Positions 1 through 9,504 are shown, counted from the first letter of the stretch. The stretch is DNA of 64,000 nucleotides from Anaerolineae bacterium (GCA_034428955.1 DAOUGZ010000244.1:1607-65606), one strand, 5' to 3'. Program-made: numbers and translations. The notes: generated by a model not told the origin, from the letters alone.

Positions 1-1
1 C

Positions 2-259
2 GACGCATTGGTGATTGAGGCTACCTACCTCGACGTTGAGGCCGAGATGGCCGCGCAGTTCGGGCACATCACCGCCGCCCAGGCCGCTACACTGGCGCGA
101 GACGCCGACGTACGCTGCCTCTTCCTGGTACATATCTCCCGCCGTTACTCTGAGCGTGCGATAGCGGCGGAGGCCAGGGCCATTTTCCCGAACAGCATCG
201 TGCCGCGCGATCTGGACCACTACAAGATTCTGCGCGACGGCTGCGAGCAGATGGAGTAG
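2..259 (+). CDS. rnz: Ribonuclease Z/BN, C-terminal fragment (truncated by window start)
   Basis: Frame reads DALVIEATY...GHITAAQAA...LFLVHISRRY, matching the RNase Z C-terminal motifs (HEATF-like, GHST-like, L.H.S.RY). Confidence 0.85.
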   Translation, partial: DALVIEATYLDVEAEMAAQFGHITAAQAATLARDADVRCLFLVHISRRYSERAIAAEARAIFPNSIVPRDLDHYKILRDGCEQME

Positions 260-262
260 CCC

Positions 263-1591
263 TTGGACCTGCGCACACTGCTGAGCGAACTGGGGCGCCG
301 AGGCGAGTTGGCGGTTGTGCGCCGGCCTACGGACCCCCACCTCGAGATGGCGGCGGTAGTTGCTGCCCTCGACGGGCGGCCGGTGCTCTTTGAGGATCCA
401 CTGAGCTCCAACTATCGGGTGGCAGCCAATTTGCTGAGTCGGCGCGAGACCGTTGCGCTGGGCCTGAACACCGAGCCGGACCGTCTGCTGGGGCGCCTGG
501 TCGAGGCCTTTCGCGCTCCCTCCACCCCTGCACTGGTGGACAATCCGCCGTGTCAGGAGGTTGTGGAGACGGGGGTAGACCTCGAGACTTTGCCCATCCT
601 TACTCACGGGCCGCGCGATGTTGGCCCGTATGTGACTGCCGGCGTGCTGGTCGCCCACGATCCCAGTTGTGGCCCGAACCTAGCCTTCCATCGCCTGCTT
701 CGCCTGGACCGGCAGCGCTTCGCCGTGCGCCTGGTTGAGGGGCGGGGTACCCACACGGCGTGGATGAAGGCTGAGGGGGACTTGCCCGTCGCCGTCTGCC
801 TGGGCGCGCCACTGACGGTGCTTCTGGCCGGGGCAATGTCCCCGCCGCTGGGCCAGGATGAATTGGCCATCGCCCAATCCCTCGCTGCGACGCCTGTGGC
901 CCGCTGCCAGACGGTGCCCCTGCTCGTCCCTGCGGCGGCGGAGATCATACTGGAAGGCCGGCTGACCCACGACCTGGTGGAGGAGGGTCCCTTCATCGAC
1001 CTCACAGAGACCTATGACATCGTGCGCCGGCAGCCCGTTCTGGTGGTGGAACGCATCACGCACCGGCGCGACCCGATCTACCAGGCTCTGCTGCCGGGCG
1101 GGTTGGAGCACAAGCTGCTCATGGGCATGCCTCGCGAGCCTTCGATCTATGATGCTGTAGCGGAGGTCTGCCGGGTACGCCGGGTATACATGACGCCGGG
1201 GGGCACCTCGTGGCTCCATGCTGTGGTGCAGATCGAGAAGCAGCACCCGGATGACGGACGGCGAGCCATTGAGGCTGCTTTCCGCGGGCACGGGTCCCTC
1301 AAGCACGTCGTGGTGGTTGATGCCGATATCGATCCTTTCGATGCCCGTCAGGTCGAGTGGGCAATCGCTACGCGGGTGCAGGCCGACCGTGACCTGGTTG
1401 TCTGGCCCGGCCGGCCGGGCAGCTCTTTGGACCCCTCGGCGCTGCACGTGCCCGGCTGCAAGGCTCAGACGGCCAAGATGGGCATCGACGCCACGGTATG
1501 GTGGGACACGGACCACGGCCCGTCGGACCCTGAGCAGTACCGGCGTGTCGCTTACCCGCCCGTGGAACTCGCTGCCTATCTTGATGAGTGA
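263..1591 (+). CDS. UbiD-family prFMN decarboxylase, probable anhydromevalonate-phosphate decarboxylase (AMPD)
   Basis: UbiD motifs (PYVTAG, AEIILEG, EEGPFIDLTETYD, EHKLLMGMPREP, KHVVVVDADID..D...VEWAIATR, SSLDPS, AKMGIDAT). TTG start 3 nt after rnz stop. Adjacent to AcnX subunits and IPK. Confidence 0.85.
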   Translation: MDLRTLLSELGRRGELAVVRRPTDPHLEMAAVVAALDGRPVLFEDPLSSNYRVAANLLSRRETVALGLNTEPDRLLGRLVEAFRAPSTPALVDNPPCQEVVETGVDLETLPILTHGPRDVGPYVTAGVLVAHDPSCGPNLAFHRLLRLDRQRFAVRLVEGRGTHTAWMKAEGDLPVAVCLGAPLTVLLAGAMSPPLGQDELAIAQSLAATPVARCQTVPLLVPAAAEIILEGRLTHDLVEEGPFIDLTETYDIVRRQPVLVVERITHRRDPIYQALLPGGLEHKLLMGMPREPSIYDAVAEVCRVRRVYMTPGGTSWLHAVVQIEKQHPDDGRRAIEAAFRGHGSLKHVVVVDADIDPFDARQVEWAIATRVQADRDLVVWPGRPGSSLDPSALHVPGCKAQTAKMGIDATVWWDTDHGPSDPEQYRRVAYPPVELAAYLDE

Positions 1592-2861
1592 GGATCTCAC
1601 AGCTATGCCTGCAGATGACCTGGTGCTTGCTGCCGCCGAACTGGACGCGTTGGCTGGGGTGCACGGGGAGGGCACCCGGCTCGCGGCGCAACTCGTGACG
1701 GCACTGGGAAGAATCTATGGGGCGCGGGATCTGGTGCCCGTGGCCAGCGTGCAGGTAGCGGGTGTCAGTTATCGCAATCTGGGCCCCGCCGGCCTCGCCT
1801 TCCTGCGCGACTGGGCTGACCGCGGCGGGCGGACGTGCGTGCCGAGCTTGCTGAACCCGGCCGGGATGGACTTGCAGTGTTGGTGCGAGCACGGCATCCC
1901 CGAAGAGTTTGGCCGGCGGCAACTGGAGGTCATCGAAGCCTACAGGCGCCTGGGGGTGGAGGCGAGTTGCACCTGCACCCCCTATCTGGTGGGCAATGTG
2001 CCCCACTTTGGGGAACACGTGGCCTGGAGCGAGTCCTCAGCGGTGGCCTTTGCCAATAGCGTGTTGGGGGCGCGGACGAATCGCGAGGGTGGGCCAAGCG
2101 CCCTGGCGGCGGCGATTCTGGGCAAGACGGCGCGCTATGGCCTGCATCTTGATGAGGGGCGGGTACCTACGCTGACGGTCGACGTCACCTGCCCGCTCAG
2201 GTCGGTCGCCGACTTTGGTGCCCTCGGCTATCTGGTGGGGCGGCTGGTCGGCGACGGCGTACCTTTGCTGCGCTTGCTGGCGGGGCCGGAGCCTCTGCAT
2301 TTCGGCGATCTGCTCACTTCGGCATACCTGCCTCACCTGAAAGCTCTCGGTGCGGCGATGGCGGCCAGCGGGGCGGTGGCGCTCTACCATATTGAGGGGG
2401 TCACGCCGGAGGCTTGCCGGCGCCAGGATCCCATTGTGCCCGCAGCAGCGAGGGCCGAGGTGGCCGATCTGGGCCCCGGGTACGCAGCCCTGAACTCGGC
2501 CGGTAGCGAGATAGACTTGGTGAGCATCGGCTGCCCCCATGCGTCGCTGGCCGAGATTGCCCAGATAGCGGAACAGCTGCAGGAGCGGCGAGTGCGCGCT
2601 GCGCTTTGGGTGACCACGGCGCGAGCCACCCTCGAAGAGGCGCGCCGGCGCGGGCTGGCTCAGCGACTGGAGCGGGCCGGCGTGCGGTTGATGGCCGATA
2701 CCTGCCTGGTGGTGGCCCCGATGGCATACCTGGGCTTGCGGACGGTGGCCACCAATTCGGCCAAGTTGGCGACGTATGCGCCGGGCCACTGCGGGCTACA
2801 GACTCGCTTTGGCTCCCTCGCCAAGTGCATCGAAGCGGCCGTCACCGGGCGTTGGGCGTAG
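1584..2861 (+). CDS. Aconitase X catalytic (large) subunit, probable phosphomevalonate dehydratase large subunit (DUF521)
   Basis: AcnX motifs GVSYRNLG, LNPAGMD, CTCTPY, WSESSAVAFANSVLGARTNREGG, LYHIEGVTPE, IGCPH, DTCLVVAP, TNSAK (three Cys for an Fe-S cluster). ATG at 1584 overlaps the UbiD stop; alternative ATG at 1605. Confidence 0.9.
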   Translation: MSEDLTAMPADDLVLAAAELDALAGVHGEGTRLAAQLVTALGRIYGARDLVPVASVQVAGVSYRNLGPAGLAFLRDWADRGGRTCVPSLLNPAGMDLQCWCEHGIPEEFGRRQLEVIEAYRRLGVEASCTCTPYLVGNVPHFGEHVAWSESSAVAFANSVLGARTNREGGPSALAAAILGKTARYGLHLDEGRVPTLTVDVTCPLRSVADFGALGYLVGRLVGDGVPLLRLLAGPEPLHFGDLLTSAYLPHLKALGAAMAASGAVALYHIEGVTPEACRRQDPIVPAAARAEVADLGPGYAALNSAGSEIDLVSIGCPHASLAEIAQIAEQLQERRVRAALWVTTARATLEEARRRGLAQRLERAGVRLMADTCLVVAPMAYLGLRTVATNSAKLATYAPGHCGLQTRFGSLAKCIEAAVTGRWA

Positions 2862-2890
2862 CTGTGGACGGCAGGGGTGAGGTGGGTAGA

Positions 2891-3286
2891 TTGGCGACAG
2901 TTCTGCAGGGGCGTCTGATTCACCACGGGGTGGCCCGTGGGCAGGCGCTCGTCAGCGAGGAACCGATCAGTTTTCTGGGCGGAGTGGACCCGGAGACGGG
3001 AATCGTTGTGGACCCGCGCCATCCGTTGGCGGGTTGTGACATCAGCGGCCGTGTGCTTGTCTTTCCGATGGGGAAAGGGAGCACTGTGGGGTCCTACGTT
3101 CTGTATCAGTTGAGACACAATGGGCACGCGCCGGCGGCGCTGATCAATACCCGTTGCGAGGCGATTGTGGCCGTCGGCGCGATTATCTCCGATATCCCTG
3201 CTGTTGACCAGGTGGACATAACGGCAATAGCGTCGGGCGATTGGGTACGCGTTGAGGATGGAGGGCGCGTCGTTGTCGAGGGTTGA
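2891..3286 (+). CDS. Aconitase X swivel (small) subunit, probable phosphomevalonate dehydratase small subunit (DUF126)
   Basis: G.ALVSEEPISFLGGVDPETG...HPL.G..ISGRVLVFP.GKGSTVGSYVLY..., IVAVGAIISDIP. TTG start at 2891 after GAGGTGG. Confidence 0.9.
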   Translation: MATVLQGRLIHHGVARGQALVSEEPISFLGGVDPETGIVVDPRHPLAGCDISGRVLVFPMGKGSTVGSYVLYQLRHNGHAPAALINTRCEAIVAVGAIISDIPAVDQVDITAIASGDWVRVEDGGRVVVEG

Positions 3287-4085
3287 GTTCGTCTATCTCA
3301 AGCTCGGTGGATCCCTGATCACAGAAAAAACAAAGCGCGAAGCTGCGCGGCGCGACGTGCTCGCTCGCGTGGCCGGGGAGATAGCGCGTGCTCGAGCGGC
3401 GCAGCCCGGCCTGCGCCTGGTTCTGGGGCATGGCAGCGGCTCCTTTGGCCACTATATGGCTGAGGAGTACGGCGTACATCGGGGCGGCCTGGAGGATTGG
3501 TGGGGCTACGCTCAGACAGCCGCTGCAGCGGCACGGCTCAACAGGCTGGTTGTGGAGGCCTGCCTTGCAGCGGGCGTGCCAGCCGTCTCTCTGCAACCCT
3601 CGGCTTCGGCGCGGGCGCGGGGTGGCGAGTTGGTGGACCTGGTGACCTGGCCGATTGCCCAGCTTGCGGAGAGGGACATCGTGCCCGTCGTCTATGGCGA
3701 CGTGGCGCTCGACGAGGCGCAGGGCTGCAGCATCATCTCTACCGAGACCATCTTTGCCTATCTGGCGCTGCGTATCAGGCCACGGCGCATCCTGCTGGCC
3801 GGCGAAGTTGACGGCGTCTACACGGCAGACCCTCAACGTGAGCTCTCGGCCCAGCCCGTACCCGTGCTGACGCCGGAGACATGGGGCGAGGCCGAGCGGC
3901 AGTTAGCCGGTGCGCGTGGCGTGGACGTGACGGGCGGCATGCGCAGCAAAGTCCGCCAGATGCTGGACCTGATCGAGGATGTGCCGGATCTTGAGGTGTC
4001 CATCTTCTCGGGGCTGACGCCCGGGCGTGTAGAGCGTGCTCTGCGCGGCGAGCCGGGCGGGACACTGCTGCGGGCAAGGCGCTAA
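3273..4085 (+). CDS. ipk: Isopentenyl phosphate kinase (amino-acid-kinase fold)
   Basis: YLKLGGSLITEK, LGHGSGSFGH (IPK signature His), PVVYGDV, IISTE, GEVDGVY..DP, DVTGGM..KV. TTG at 3273 follows GGAGG (alternative ATG 3258) and overlaps the upstream stop. Confidence 0.9.
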   Translation: MSRVEFVYLKLGGSLITEKTKREAARRDVLARVAGEIARARAAQPGLRLVLGHGSGSFGHYMAEEYGVHRGGLEDWWGYAQTAAAAARLNRLVVEACLAAGVPAVSLQPSASARARGGELVDLVTWPIAQLAERDIVPVVYGDVALDEAQGCSIISTETIFAYLALRIRPRRILLAGEVDGVYTADPQRELSAQPVPVLTPETWGEAERQLAGARGVDVTGGMRSKVRQMLDLIEDVPDLEVSIFSGLTPGRVERALRGEPGGTLLRARR

Positions 4086-4165
4086 CGAAGCCAGGGCTTT
4101 TCCAGAGCTGACGAGGGTGACATAAGATTGGCTCTGAAGAGGGCGCGCTCGGACGCGAGAAAGCC

Positions 4166-4194
4166 TTGTCAGGTGATAGGTGTTCACGTATAAT
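4166..4194 (+). promoter_or_regulatory. sigma70-type promoter for rseP-tldD-pmbA
   Basis: TTGTCA (4166-4171), 17 nt, TATAAT (4189-4194), ~40 nt before the rseP ATG. Confidence 0.7.
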
Positions 4195-4235
4195 GTCCGA
4201 GTAGCTTGGTCAGAGAGCATGGGCGAGGGGGTATT

Positions 4236-5300
4236 ATGCCCATTACTATCCTTGCGTTCGTTTTGATTTTCAGCCTGGTCGTTTTCGTGCACGAGCTTGG
4301 GCACTTTTTGCTGGCCAAGTGGTCGGGCGCTCGTGTCGAGGAATTTGGTTTCGGCTATCCGCCTCGGCTGTTGCGCATCGGCAAGCGTGGCGATACCGAG
4401 TTCACCCTCAATGCTATTCCCATTGGCGGGTTTGTTCGTGTTACCGGCGACGACAACCCCACGGATCCCGGCAGCCTGGCGCAGCGGAGCCCTTGGGCCC
4501 GCGGTGCCTTCCTGATCGCCGGGCCGGCCATGAACGTGGTCCTGGCGGTAGTGCTCTTTGCCGCCAGCTTTGTGATTGGGGTCCAGATGCCCGTTGGCGG
4601 CCCTGGGGTGGGCGTCTACCAGGTGGCGGCAGATTCCCCTGCTGCCAGCGCGGGCCTGCAAGTCGGCGACACCATCTTGCAGATTGACGGCGAGCCGGTC
4701 GACTCGGTTGAAGAGCTGCAGACGCTGATCGATGCTCGGCTGGGCCAGCCGGTGACCCTCCAGGTGCGCCGCGATGGAAGAGCCCTCGCGGAGCCCCTGG
4801 TGTTGGTTCCCCGGCCGGACCCTCCGGAGGGCCAGGGAGCTATGGGGGTAGCCATTGATGCCCCCCTGGGTAAGGTTTCTTACCCCGTTTGGGAGGCTCT
4901 CTGGCTGGGCCTCCAGCAGGCAGGCTGGACGGTGTGGATGATCATCAGCGGGTTGGTCGCCATGGTGCGCGGGCTGATGCCCGCGGACCTTACGGGCCCC
5001 ATCGGCATCGCGCAGATGACGGCCCAGGTGGCCAAGTCCGGCGTGGCGCAGCTCCTGGAGTGGACCGCGTTCCTGAGCGTCAACCTGTTCATCCTGAACT
5101 TGCTGCCGCTGCCTGCGTTGGATGGCGGCCGGCTGATCTTTGTGGTTCTGGAGGTTCTGCGCGGCGGCCGTCGTGTCGACCCGCAGAAGGAAGGGCTCGT
5201 ACACCTGGCCGGAATTGTCGTGCTGCTCGGCCTGTTCCTGGTCATCTCTTACTTTGACGTCATGCGAGTGATCCGGGGGGGGCCACTTCCCGGCCAGTGA
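4236..5300 (+). CDS. rseP: RIP metalloprotease RseP (M50, one PDZ domain)
   Basis: VHELGH, FGFG..P, IPIGGFV, AGPAMN, PDZ region (SPAASAGLQVGDTIL.IDG), NLLPLPALDGG. Confidence 0.95.
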   Translation: MPITILAFVLIFSLVVFVHELGHFLLAKWSGARVEEFGFGYPPRLLRIGKRGDTEFTLNAIPIGGFVRVTGDDNPTDPGSLAQRSPWARGAFLIAGPAMNVVLAVVLFAASFVIGVQMPVGGPGVGVYQVAADSPAASAGLQVGDTILQIDGEPVDSVEELQTLIDARLGQPVTLQVRRDGRALAEPLVLVPRPDPPEGQGAMGVAIDAPLGKVSYPVWEALWLGLQQAGWTVWMIISGLVAMVRGLMPADLTGPIGIAQMTAQVAKSGVAQLLEWTAFLSVNLFILNLLPLPALDGGRLIFVVLEVLRGGRRVDPQKEGLVHLAGIVVLLGLFLVISYFDVMRVIRGGPLPGQ

Positions 5301-5344
5301 TGGCTTGGAGGCATGAGGAGCAGGCAGAGACGCAGGAGAGTGCA

Positions 5345-6703
5345 ATGCGAGATCTGATCGCCGAGGCACTGCGCGGGCAGCGAGCGGACCATATCGAGGT
5401 GCACATCGAGGAGTCTGAGTCCACCTCGATCCGCTTCCGCGGCCGCGAGCTTGATCAAGTCGGACGTTCTCGCGCCCTAGGGGGAAACGTCCGGGCGCTG
5501 GTGAAGGGCGGCTGGGGCTTTGCCTCATTCAACGATATCCGCCGGCTCCGGTCCTATGTTGAGCGTGCGGTGCACCAAGCTACACTGGTACAACGCGAAC
5601 CGTTCACCCTGGCGCCGAAACCTGTCGTTGAGGACCGTCTGCTGGCCTCGGCGGCGAAGGACGTCCGCGGCGCCAGTGTGGATGACAAGGTCAAGCTGCT
5701 GCAGGGCTACAACGAGGTGCTCTGGGCCTCGGCGTCGCTGCAGACGACGGTCGTTCGCTATAGCGATCTCTTCCGGCGCAGGGTCTATGCCGATTCGGAG
5801 GGCAGCTTTATCGAGCAGGAGGAGCTGGACCTCTCGGCGGCTTTTGCTGCCGTCGCACGTAGGGATGGCGATGTCGAGCAGGCATTCCTCAGCTTGGGCA
5901 GCGCCGGCGACCTGACCGTTCTGGAAGGACGGCACGAGGAGGTCGCTGACGTGGCGCGCCAGGCGGAGAATCTGCTCTCGGCGCGCCGGGCCAAGGCCGG
6001 CACCTACACGGTGATTGCCGACCCCAAGCTGGGCGGCGTCTTTGCTCATGAGGCCTTTGGCCACCTCAGCGAGGCCGATCACGTCTACGAGAACCCCCGC
6101 TTGCGCGAACTGATGGTGTTGGGAAGGCGCTTTGGCGGGCCTCATCTGAACATCCGCGATGGTGCGGCGGTTCCCGGCCACCGCGGTTCGTACGTCTATG
6201 ATGCCGAGGGAGTGCCGGCAAGCGATACCTACCTGATCCGTAAAGGCGTGCTGGTCGGGCGTTTGCACTCGCGGGAAACCGCTGCCAGGATGGGTGAGAC
6301 GCCTACCGGGAACGCGCGCAGCATCAATTACCGCTACCCGCCGATCGTGCGCATGACCAACACATACATCGAACCGGGCGATATCAGCTTTGAGGAGATG
6401 CTGTCCGGCGTCAGGGAAGGCATCTATGTCAAAGGCTCCTATGGCGGCCAGACCAGTATGGAGATGTTTACCTTCTCGGCCGGCGAGGCGTTCATGATCC
6501 GCAACGGAGAACTCGCCGAGCCGCTGCGCGGTGTGAACCTGAGCGGCAACGTCTTCCAGACGCTGGCCAATATCGAGGCTATCGGCAACGATCTGCAGTG
6601 GTCCGAGGGAGGTGGTTGCGGCAAGGGTGAGCAATCGCCCCTTGCGGTGGGCACGGGAAGCCCCCATCTGCTGATCCGCGACGTCGTGATCGGAGGCGAG
6701 TGA
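5345..6703 (+). CDS. tldD: TldD metalloprotease
   Basis: GGVFAHEAFGHLSEAD, YDAEG, GRLHSRETA, TGNAR, PIVRMTNTYI, GGGCGKGEQ.P..VG.GSPH. Confidence 0.92.
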   Translation: MRDLIAEALRGQRADHIEVHIEESESTSIRFRGRELDQVGRSRALGGNVRALVKGGWGFASFNDIRRLRSYVERAVHQATLVQREPFTLAPKPVVEDRLLASAAKDVRGASVDDKVKLLQGYNEVLWASASLQTTVVRYSDLFRRRVYADSEGSFIEQEELDLSAAFAAVARRDGDVEQAFLSLGSAGDLTVLEGRHEEVADVARQAENLLSARRAKAGTYTVIADPKLGGVFAHEAFGHLSEADHVYENPRLRELMVLGRRFGGPHLNIRDGAAVPGHRGSYVYDAEGVPASDTYLIRKGVLVGRLHSRETAARMGETPTGNARSINYRYPPIVRMTNTYIEPGDISFEEMLSGVREGIYVKGSYGGQTSMEMFTFSAGEAFMIRNGELAEPLRGVNLSGNVFQTLANIEAIGNDLQWSEGGGCGKGEQSPLAVGTGSPHLLIRDVVIGGE

Positions 6704-8022
6704 TGCTGACCTTTGCTGAGCAGGTGCTTGCTCACGCTCGCCGGTCGGCCAGTTGGGCCGAGGTCTATACAGTCAGCGAAGAGGAAACGCCCGTCTCGTT
6801 CGAGGCCAACCGCCTGCGCTCAATCGAGACTCGCGAGGCGCGAGGTGTTGCCCTGCGCCTGGTCGTGGACGGCCGGATTGGCTTTGCCAGTTCTTCGAAC
6901 CTCGACGATCCGGCGGCGCTGGTCAACGATGCGCTGGCCACTGCGCGATTTGGCCCGGCTTCCGCGCTGGCTTACCCGACTTGGCGCACGGAGGAAGACA
7001 ACCTTGACCTCTTTGACGATGCCGTGCGCAGCCTGACGAGCGACGAGATGGTCCAGATGGGCCAACGCATCGTGGACCGGGTGCGCGCCCACGGTGAGGA
7101 TATTCTCTGCGACGCCGACATCCGCAAAGAGGTCGGCGAGGTCACAGTGATGAATACGTCCGGCGGTCACGGCACCTACCGCCAGACGATGCTCTATGCC
7201 GGCGTACACGCGAACCGCGTGCGCGACACGGACATGCTGGACATCTACGAGCAAGATGCCTCTTGCCATCTGGGCACGCTGGATACGGAAAGAGCGGTCA
7301 GCGCCATCATTGCCAAGCTGGAGCTTGCCGAGACCGTCGTGCCCGTTCGGACTGGTAATCTGCCCGTGATCTTTACCCCAAAGGGCGTAGCCATGACTCT
7401 GCTGGCGCCGCTGCAGGCAGCCCTGAGCGGCAAAACAGTGCTCGAGGGGGCCTCGCCGCTTGCCGGCAAGCTGGGCGATACGCTCTTTGATCCGGGGTTC
7501 TCACTCTTTGATGACGCCCGTGTGCCTGGCCGGCCCTCCAGTGCACCGATTGACGGCGAGGGCGTGCCGACCCGGCGTACAGCGCTCATTGATCGCGGCC
7601 GGGTAAACGCCTTCTATTACGATTTGCAGACGGCCGGGCGGGCCGGCGTCGAGAGCACCGGGAATGGGCAGCGTGGTCTGGGCAGTCTGCCCTCACCCGG
7701 CATCCACGCGCTGCGGATCGCCGCGGGCACCGTTCCCTATGAGGCCATGCTGGCCGAAATCGAGGAGGGGCTCGTGGTCGACCAAACGATGGGGGCCTGG
7801 GCCGGCAACCTGCTCGGGGGCGAGTTCTCGGGGAACGCGCATCTTGCCTTCAAGGTTGAACGCGGACGGCTTGTCGGCCGGGTCAAGGATACCATGGTGG
7901 CCGGCAATGCGTTCCGCGCCCTGGAGCGGCTGCAGGCCATCGGCGACCGCGCCCATTGGGTGGGCAGCGCCGTGGAAGCCCCCTATCTGTGCTTCCCCTC
8001 GCTCTCGGTCGCGGCACGCTAG
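6703..8022 (+). CDS. pmbA: TldE/PmbA family protein
   Basis: TldD-like fold without HExxH; GASPLAGKLG, PIDGEG, STGNG.RG, GEFSG, GRVKDTMVAGN. Start overlaps the tldD stop (TGATG). Confidence 0.9.
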   Translation: MLTFAEQVLAHARRSASWAEVYTVSEEETPVSFEANRLRSIETREARGVALRLVVDGRIGFASSSNLDDPAALVNDALATARFGPASALAYPTWRTEEDNLDLFDDAVRSLTSDEMVQMGQRIVDRVRAHGEDILCDADIRKEVGEVTVMNTSGGHGTYRQTMLYAGVHANRVRDTDMLDIYEQDASCHLGTLDTERAVSAIIAKLELAETVVPVRTGNLPVIFTPKGVAMTLLAPLQAALSGKTVLEGASPLAGKLGDTLFDPGFSLFDDARVPGRPSSAPIDGEGVPTRRTALIDRGRVNAFYYDLQTAGRAGVESTGNGQRGLGSLPSPGIHALRIAAGTVPYEAMLAEIEEGLVVDQTMGAWAGNLLGGEFSGNAHLAFKVERGRLVGRVKDTMVAGNAFRALERLQAIGDRAHWVGSAVEAPYLCFPSLSVAAR

Positions 8023-8039
8023 GCCGAGCCGGTGAGGAC

Positions 8040-8067
8040 TTGCCGGCTGAGCGCCATGTGCTAGAAT
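8040..8067 (+). promoter_or_regulatory. sigma70-type promoter (extended -10)
   Basis: TTGCCG (8040-8045), 16 nt, TG-C-TAGAAT (8062-8067), upstream of the HEAT-repeat gene. Confidence 0.55.
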
Positions 8068-8127
8068 GAACCGCAAAGCATACCCCGCGGCTCGCGTTGC
8101 CGGGTCGCAGGTTTGAGGATGGAGTTC

Positions 8128-9135
8128 ATGAGCCAACGGACGAAGAGCCGCCAGTGGACCTTTGAGGAAGCCCTCGCGCTGGTTTGCGATGCAGAGCAAG
8201 AGTTGTCGAGGACGATTGTTGCGCTGTTGAGCGACCTGAGCCAAGCCGAAATGGGGCGCCTGGCCGATTGCTGGCTGGCGATGCCGCCTGAGCGCCGGCG
8301 TGAACTCGTCTCCACCATGGTCGATATGGCCGAAGCCGACTTTGAACTCGACTATAACATCATCTTCCGTTGGGCCATGAGATCCGAAGATCCGCTGATC
8401 CGCGAGCGAGCGGTCGAGGGCCTCTGGGAGGACGATCAGCCCACCCTTATCGAGCCGCTGATTCGCCTGATGGAGGAGGATCCGGCGCCCGCGGTCCGAG
8501 CACGGGCGGCTACTTCGCTAGGCCGGTTCGCTTTGCTGGCCGAGCTGGGGGATTTGCCCGATGAGCGGGTCGAGCGCGTTCGCCAGAGCTTGCTCCGCGT
8601 CGTTGAAAAGGCTGACGAGACACCCGAGGTGCGTCGCCGGGCTATTGAATCGGTGGCCTATATGAGCGACGCGCCGGTTCGCGAGATCATTGACAAGGCT
8701 TATGCTTCTCCGGATGATAGCATGCGCCTCAGCGCAGTGTTTGCCATGGGACACACGGCGGACCCGCATTGGGCCGGACCTGTAACGGCCGAGTTGCATA
8801 GCTCCAGCCCGGCGATGCGCTATGAAGCGGCTCGCGCCGCGGGCGAGATTGCGCTGCCCGTCGCCGTCGATCGACTGATCGAACTGCTGGAGGACCGCGA
8901 CGTGGAGGTGCGGCAGATGGCCATCTGGGCGCTCGGGCAGATCGGCGGCAAACGGGCGCGGCGTGCCCTGGAAGCGTGCCGGGCATCTGCTGATGAGACC
9001 GTGCGCGAGGCAGCGGACGAAGCCATTGATGAACTCGACTTTGCCAGCGGTCCGCTGGACCTGCTTCGTTTTGATGCGGACAAGCAACCCGAGGGGGACG
9101 AAGAGGATGAGGTCCTTCCGGACGACGAGTTCTAG
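8128..9135 (+). CDS. HEAT/PBS-lyase repeat protein
   Basis: Repeated 'D..VR..AA..LG' units (DPLIRERAVEGL, DPAPAVRARAATSLG, DVEVRQMAIWALG), acidic tail. Alternative ATG 8119. Confidence 0.85.
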   Translation: MSQRTKSRQWTFEEALALVCDAEQELSRTIVALLSDLSQAEMGRLADCWLAMPPERRRELVSTMVDMAEADFELDYNIIFRWAMRSEDPLIRERAVEGLWEDDQPTLIEPLIRLMEEDPAPAVRARAATSLGRFALLAELGDLPDERVERVRQSLLRVVEKADETPEVRRRAIESVAYMSDAPVREIIDKAYASPDDSMRLSAVFAMGHTADPHWAGPVTAELHSSSPAMRYEAARAAGEIALPVAVDRLIELLEDRDVEVRQMAIWALGQIGGKRARRALEACRASADETVREAADEAIDELDFASGPLDLLRFDADKQPEGDEEDEVLPDDEF

Positions 9136-9216
9136 CGTGCGCTCGCAGACCGGCTGCGGAGGTTGAGGCTGGAAGCGTGCCCGACCTGCCCTGCGAGCAG
9201 TTTTTGAGGTATTGGT

Positions 9217-9504
9217 ATGGCGGCAGCAGAAAGGGTTCGGCTGAGGGCTGTGGTGCATGGCATCGTGCAGGGCGTCAGCTTTCGCTATTACACACAGCGC
9301 GAGGCGCGGCGTTTGGGCTTGCGGGGGTACGTCCGCAACTGCAGCGATGGAACGGTTGAGGTAGTCGCTGAGGGGCCACGACGCGCCGTAGACGAACTCT
9401 ACTCATGGCTGCACTCCGGCCCGCCATCGGCCGAGGTGTGGAATGTGGATGCCATCTGGCATGCTCCCAATGGGAGCGAGGTCTCCTTCGAGGTACGGTA
9501 CTGA
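9217..9504 (+). CDS. acyP: Acylphosphatase
   Basis: VHGIVQGVSFRYYT, GYVRNCSDGTVEVVAEG, GP..A.V. Confidence 0.95.
   Translation: MAAAERVRLRAVVHGIVQGVSFRYYTQREARRLGLRGYVRNCSDGTVEVVAEGPRRAVDELYSWLHSGPPSAEVWNVDAIWHAPNGSEVSFEVRY

Noticed and set aside
1218-1583. N-terminal extension of the AcnX ORF (547 aa) suggesting a fusion
   Set aside because: The extension overlaps the UbiD gene in another frame and is not protein-like; AcnX similarity starts after ATG 1584/1605.
1584-3286. AcnX as cis-3-hydroxy-L-proline dehydratase
   Set aside because: No proline racemase or imine reductase neighbours; flanking UbiD and IPK fit the mevalonate role much better. Not excluded without a phylogeny.
5345-8022. 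TldD/TldE as part of a RiPP (microcin-like) cluster
   Set aside because: No precursor peptide, YcaO or transporter nearby; housekeeping context.
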